This document shows, piece after piece, positions 60,557 to 64,000 of a stretch of 64,000 bases of DNA (position 1 is its first letter; each line of letters begins with the position of its first letter). A program made the translations under genes and the position numbers. The stretch covers positions 62,001 through 126,000 of the forward strand of contig JALMLS010000150.1 of the NCBI GenBank assembly GCA_038496445.1, read 5' to 3'. The notes below the pieces were generated by a model. The model had not been told where the DNA came from, ran no database searches, and saw only the letters and a program-made list of their open reading frames with translations. This DNA comes from Trichosphaerium sp. ATCC 40318. Its lineage: Eukaryota; Protista; Tubulinea.

Positions 60557-63089
60557 ATGTTTATTTGCGCACGTGAAGCTTTTTTAGTATTGATATTGGC
60601 TGTATCGTTGATAAATGCCATAAAAGTACTTGGACCTGATGAAGACCTGTACGTTTTAATTATGTAACTGATATTTCCGTGGCTTTTTTTATGGCGCTTG
60701 CCAGTAGAATTTATAACTCTTTCATTCTTTTATTTAATAGTTATCACGTGACGCAAAAACCAAACCGTCACGATGAAAACGTTTTTTCGCTTTTTTTTTT
60801 TCGTTACACGCGAAAATAGTAAATCCTGTTTTTGGTAATTTGGGACTGACTTTGTTATTGTTTAGCGAAGACGAAAAAGACCAGGCTTTTGGTGATGGTA
60901 CTGTGAATTTTCAATTTGCTTTTCGTTATCTACGCACCATAGTAATGTGTTTTAATAAAGGTAACAAGTATGGTGACGCTAGAAAAGAATTGGAAGATTT
61001 GGGTCACGAAATAGAATCTACAAACAGGATAACTACAACCAGATTAAACCGCAATGATATGTTTATATCAGGTGTTATAAAGATAGAGAATGATTTGGGA
61101 GAAATTCTATCCTGGGTTAGAGACGGTAACTTGGCTGTGCTCATATGTGATAAAAAGGGTCAAAGCTACTGTCAAGAATTAGAAAGTACGTTTGTAAAAA
61201 GTCCGATAACCCGTTGCAGTTTTTCAATTAAGAAAAAATTTTCCTCCCAATGCTCTCCTTGATTACTCAAAAGGTGTTCGAAAAAAAGAAAGAAATGTAC
61301 AAAGACAATTTTGTTACCCTTTTCGTGTGAAAATGTCATTGTTCGTTCTTTGACAACAATAATAGGTGAAGGTATAGAGGCTTTTGATACTTGTGCTGAA
61401 ATCCTTGATCCCATGATGATGACTATCAAATGCGAAGATAAAAAGGAGCTTTACGTTCGTGAAAATTCGAGTTCTTTCTAAAGCTAAAGTTTTTGTTTTC
61501 AGACAAGCAATGAGGCTCCTGGTCATCCTCTAATGAAAGATCTTGTTTCCTTTATAGGATTTAGAATTAAAAAAGATGTTGGTATGTTTGTTATCACGTG
61601 ATACTTATTGTTGACGTTTTTTTTATCAAGTTGAATTTACAGTTCAAGGGCCACATACAGTTTTAGGCAGAAATGAAGGCGGTGGAGCAATTGTTGTACT
61701 CGTACCTAAAGGTAATAATTCAATTTAAATTCGTTTGACCCTCATGGTATTATCCTATTCTAAAATCAAGCAAAAGGAAAGGGATACTTGGTGTTAATGG
61801 GTGATGCTTTATCCCTTCAAGATGATGGACTAAAACAGGGATCGAATCCTCGCAATTTCTTGCGTAATCTAGCAGATTATGGTACACCAATACAAAACAT
61901 GTTATTTAAAATGACTACTAACATTCAATTTATAGCCGCATTTATTGATATCATACCACCTACCACATTACCACCTACGCCACTTCCTCCCACTATTCAA
62001 CCAACAACGTTACCTCCTACGACACTTCCACCTATTGCGCAAGGTTCTACACGTGCGCCAACAAACGTACGGCTTTAAACTATTTCTAATCCTGAGAACA
62101 ATTGATATATTTCTGTTTGTGGTCGTACTGATACAATTAAAAGCCACCCACAACAATGAGTCCTACTGTTTCTCCTACAGCAATTCCAACTACACAACCA
62201 ACGATGAGTACTGTAAGTAATGTATTTAGTGAGAAACTTACTAACACTGATTAAGACGGCACCAACTACTGCAAGTATCATTATTTTGGATAATTTCACA
62301 ATTCAACCAAATCAAACCACAGTTAATGGCGACTTTGCTATTTTAAGTAACAGTACCATTTCACTAGGAGCTGAAGCAGTAGTTACCGTGCAAGGTACAA
62401 AGTCAATATAACGTTGAACTAGTTTGCGTTTGCAATCAAGCCATTCGCCATTTATTCTCGTTCTTGTTCGAAAAGTGTTTTAGTGTTGGAAAATGTTTCA
62501 AAAGAAAAACCAAGCATACTAACTTGACTGCAGACTAAGGCAACTGTATTTCTCTAACACAATTTTGTTTAAGGTTGCTTGGTAGCAGTAGACGGAAACT
62601 TAGATGTTACGCTAGATAGTGTACCGGAAGACGGTGAAACCGTCGATTTAATACAATACACGTGCCATGAATCGACGTTCAATCAAATAAACGTGGTACA
62701 AAATGATACATGCAAGAACGTTGTTATCAAAGAGCAAACATACTCTGATAGCTCGCTATCAGTTGTATTCGGCGTCACAGATGCTTGCAGCTCCAATAGC
62801 TCAGGATCAGGATCTCTTAAATGGTGGGCTTACTTCCTTATGCTTCTGGCACTACTCATTGTTGTGGTTGCCTTTATAGTAGCGTATACTCTTTCTGAAG
62901 TATGTAGTTATTACTAATATTATCTAAATCTCGTTTTAGACAGTCAGAAGGATAATATCTCCGTTCAGCAAAGGAAGTACTGTACGTTTTAAAATCAAAA
63001 ACACTGTTTTGTGTTTTGGGTTCATTTCACAATTTCTGTTTTGAACAACCCCTTCTGTTATCTTATTATTACTATTAGAGGCTCCATGA
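60557..63089 (+). CDS. Type I membrane protein: N-terminal class-I GATase-like (DUF4350/GldG-like) domain, Pro/Thr stalk, beta domain, TM
   Basis: Signal peptide MFICAREAFLVLILAVSLINA; GKGYLVLMGDA...NFLRNL motif; PPTTLPPT stalk; TM WWAYFLMLLALLIVVVAFIVAY. The fold call is tentative. Confidence 0.6.
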
Positions 63090-63574
63090 AAAATCAGAGG
63101 ACGATAGTAGTCAGAGTGTATAATACAAGAGCGTCCATTTCTAACTATAAAACGCATATTCACGAAATGAATCCTACACAATGATATTTAAAGAACTGTA
63201 TCAATAAAACGTGTGGCTGTACTATTTGGTCTGTACGTTTCGGCACTAAAGCCGCATTGTCTGTCAAAATATTATACGATTAGGAATACGTCAACGTGTA
63301 GTGATGAGTGGTGAAATGCGTAAGGCCTGGTTTTTAAAAATGGAAAAAAATGACAAGGCGATTTTTATAGTGTACTAATAATAATTCATCACGTGTACTT
63401 TGATAGCTCGTATTAATACAAAAACACATTGTCTACAATGCTTAGAACAGTTCTACTCGTTCTAAAAGGCGTATAAAACAAAACCAAGGTCACCACCAAA
63501 TAGTCCATTTCTCTCTTTGAACAAAATCTTTTTGCTTTGAAAATCTCTGTATAAGACAATAGTACGATGGATGT

Positions 63575-63958
63575 GTGATTGGAATATACCTTTATTGGTT
63601 GAAGATACCCCGCAACCGTAACTATCGTTTATACGAAATTACGTTAGAGTTATGCCATCGTACCACGTGCATTGATACATTTAACATGTGGAAATTTTTT
63701 GCAGTTGATGCACCACCAAAGTACTGCAAGACTAAGATTTTAAAAACGGCGATCGTCAGTGAGCCGTCTGCTAAGCAAGGAAACAACCTGGAAATGAAGG
63801 AACCGCACATGACGGATGTACCTAGCGCTACCGTATCGGAGAATTGGGAAGTTTTTTGCTTGTTTGTGAACAAAATAGCTCAAAAATCAAACAAGCCCAC
63901 AACAGATGAAGCTACTCAAGAAACTCAACAAGCCTCAGAAAAAGGAGCAACCACGTGA
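63575..63958 (+). CDS. Hypothetical protein (exon structure unresolved)
   Basis: 127-aa ORF with possible internal introns; no recognisable family. Confidence 0.3.
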   Translation: MIGIYLYWLKIPRNRNYRLYEITLELCHRTTCIDTFNMWKFFAVDAPPKYCKTKILKTAIVSEPSAKQGNNLEMKEPHMTDVPSATVSENWEVFCLFVNKIAQKSNKPTTDEATQETQQASEKGATT

Positions 63959-64000
63959 TGGGCGTGTAGTCCATGAGGATAAAAAGGAGACTATTAATCC

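Overview
Eukaryotic, AT-rich, gene-dense DNA with many short spliceosomal introns (GT..AG, CTAAC-type branch points, a few GC-AG). The gene content (LRR dual-specificity phosphatase, Frizzled/Smoothened-like receptor, IPT/TIG surface protein, SH2 protein, GlfB-like domain, AOX) points to an amoebozoan-type protist; this is inference. No rRNA, tRNA, CRISPR or autonomous transposon was recognised. The first ~20 kb is a dynamic cluster of secreted-protein genes. It holds an ependymin-like gene with a MITE-like insert in an intron, four C-type-lectin/Pro-rich paralogs (two intact, two deletion pseudogenes) from direct and inverted duplications, and a GHL15/GH168-like glycoside hydrolase. The most notable feature is a head-to-head inverted pair of genes encoding prohormone-like precursors: signal peptide + 3x [acidic spacer - Gln-initiated 38-aa six-Cys peptide - Gly-Lys-Arg]. 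These are predicted to release pyroglutamylated, C-amidated, disulfide-bonded peptides. The rest is mostly housekeeping/signalling genes (LENG8, PISD, NMNAT, kinase, Rab-like GTPase, AOX) plus a tandem pair of membrane-protein genes. Exon boundaries were read by eye, so gene ends are approximate where stated.
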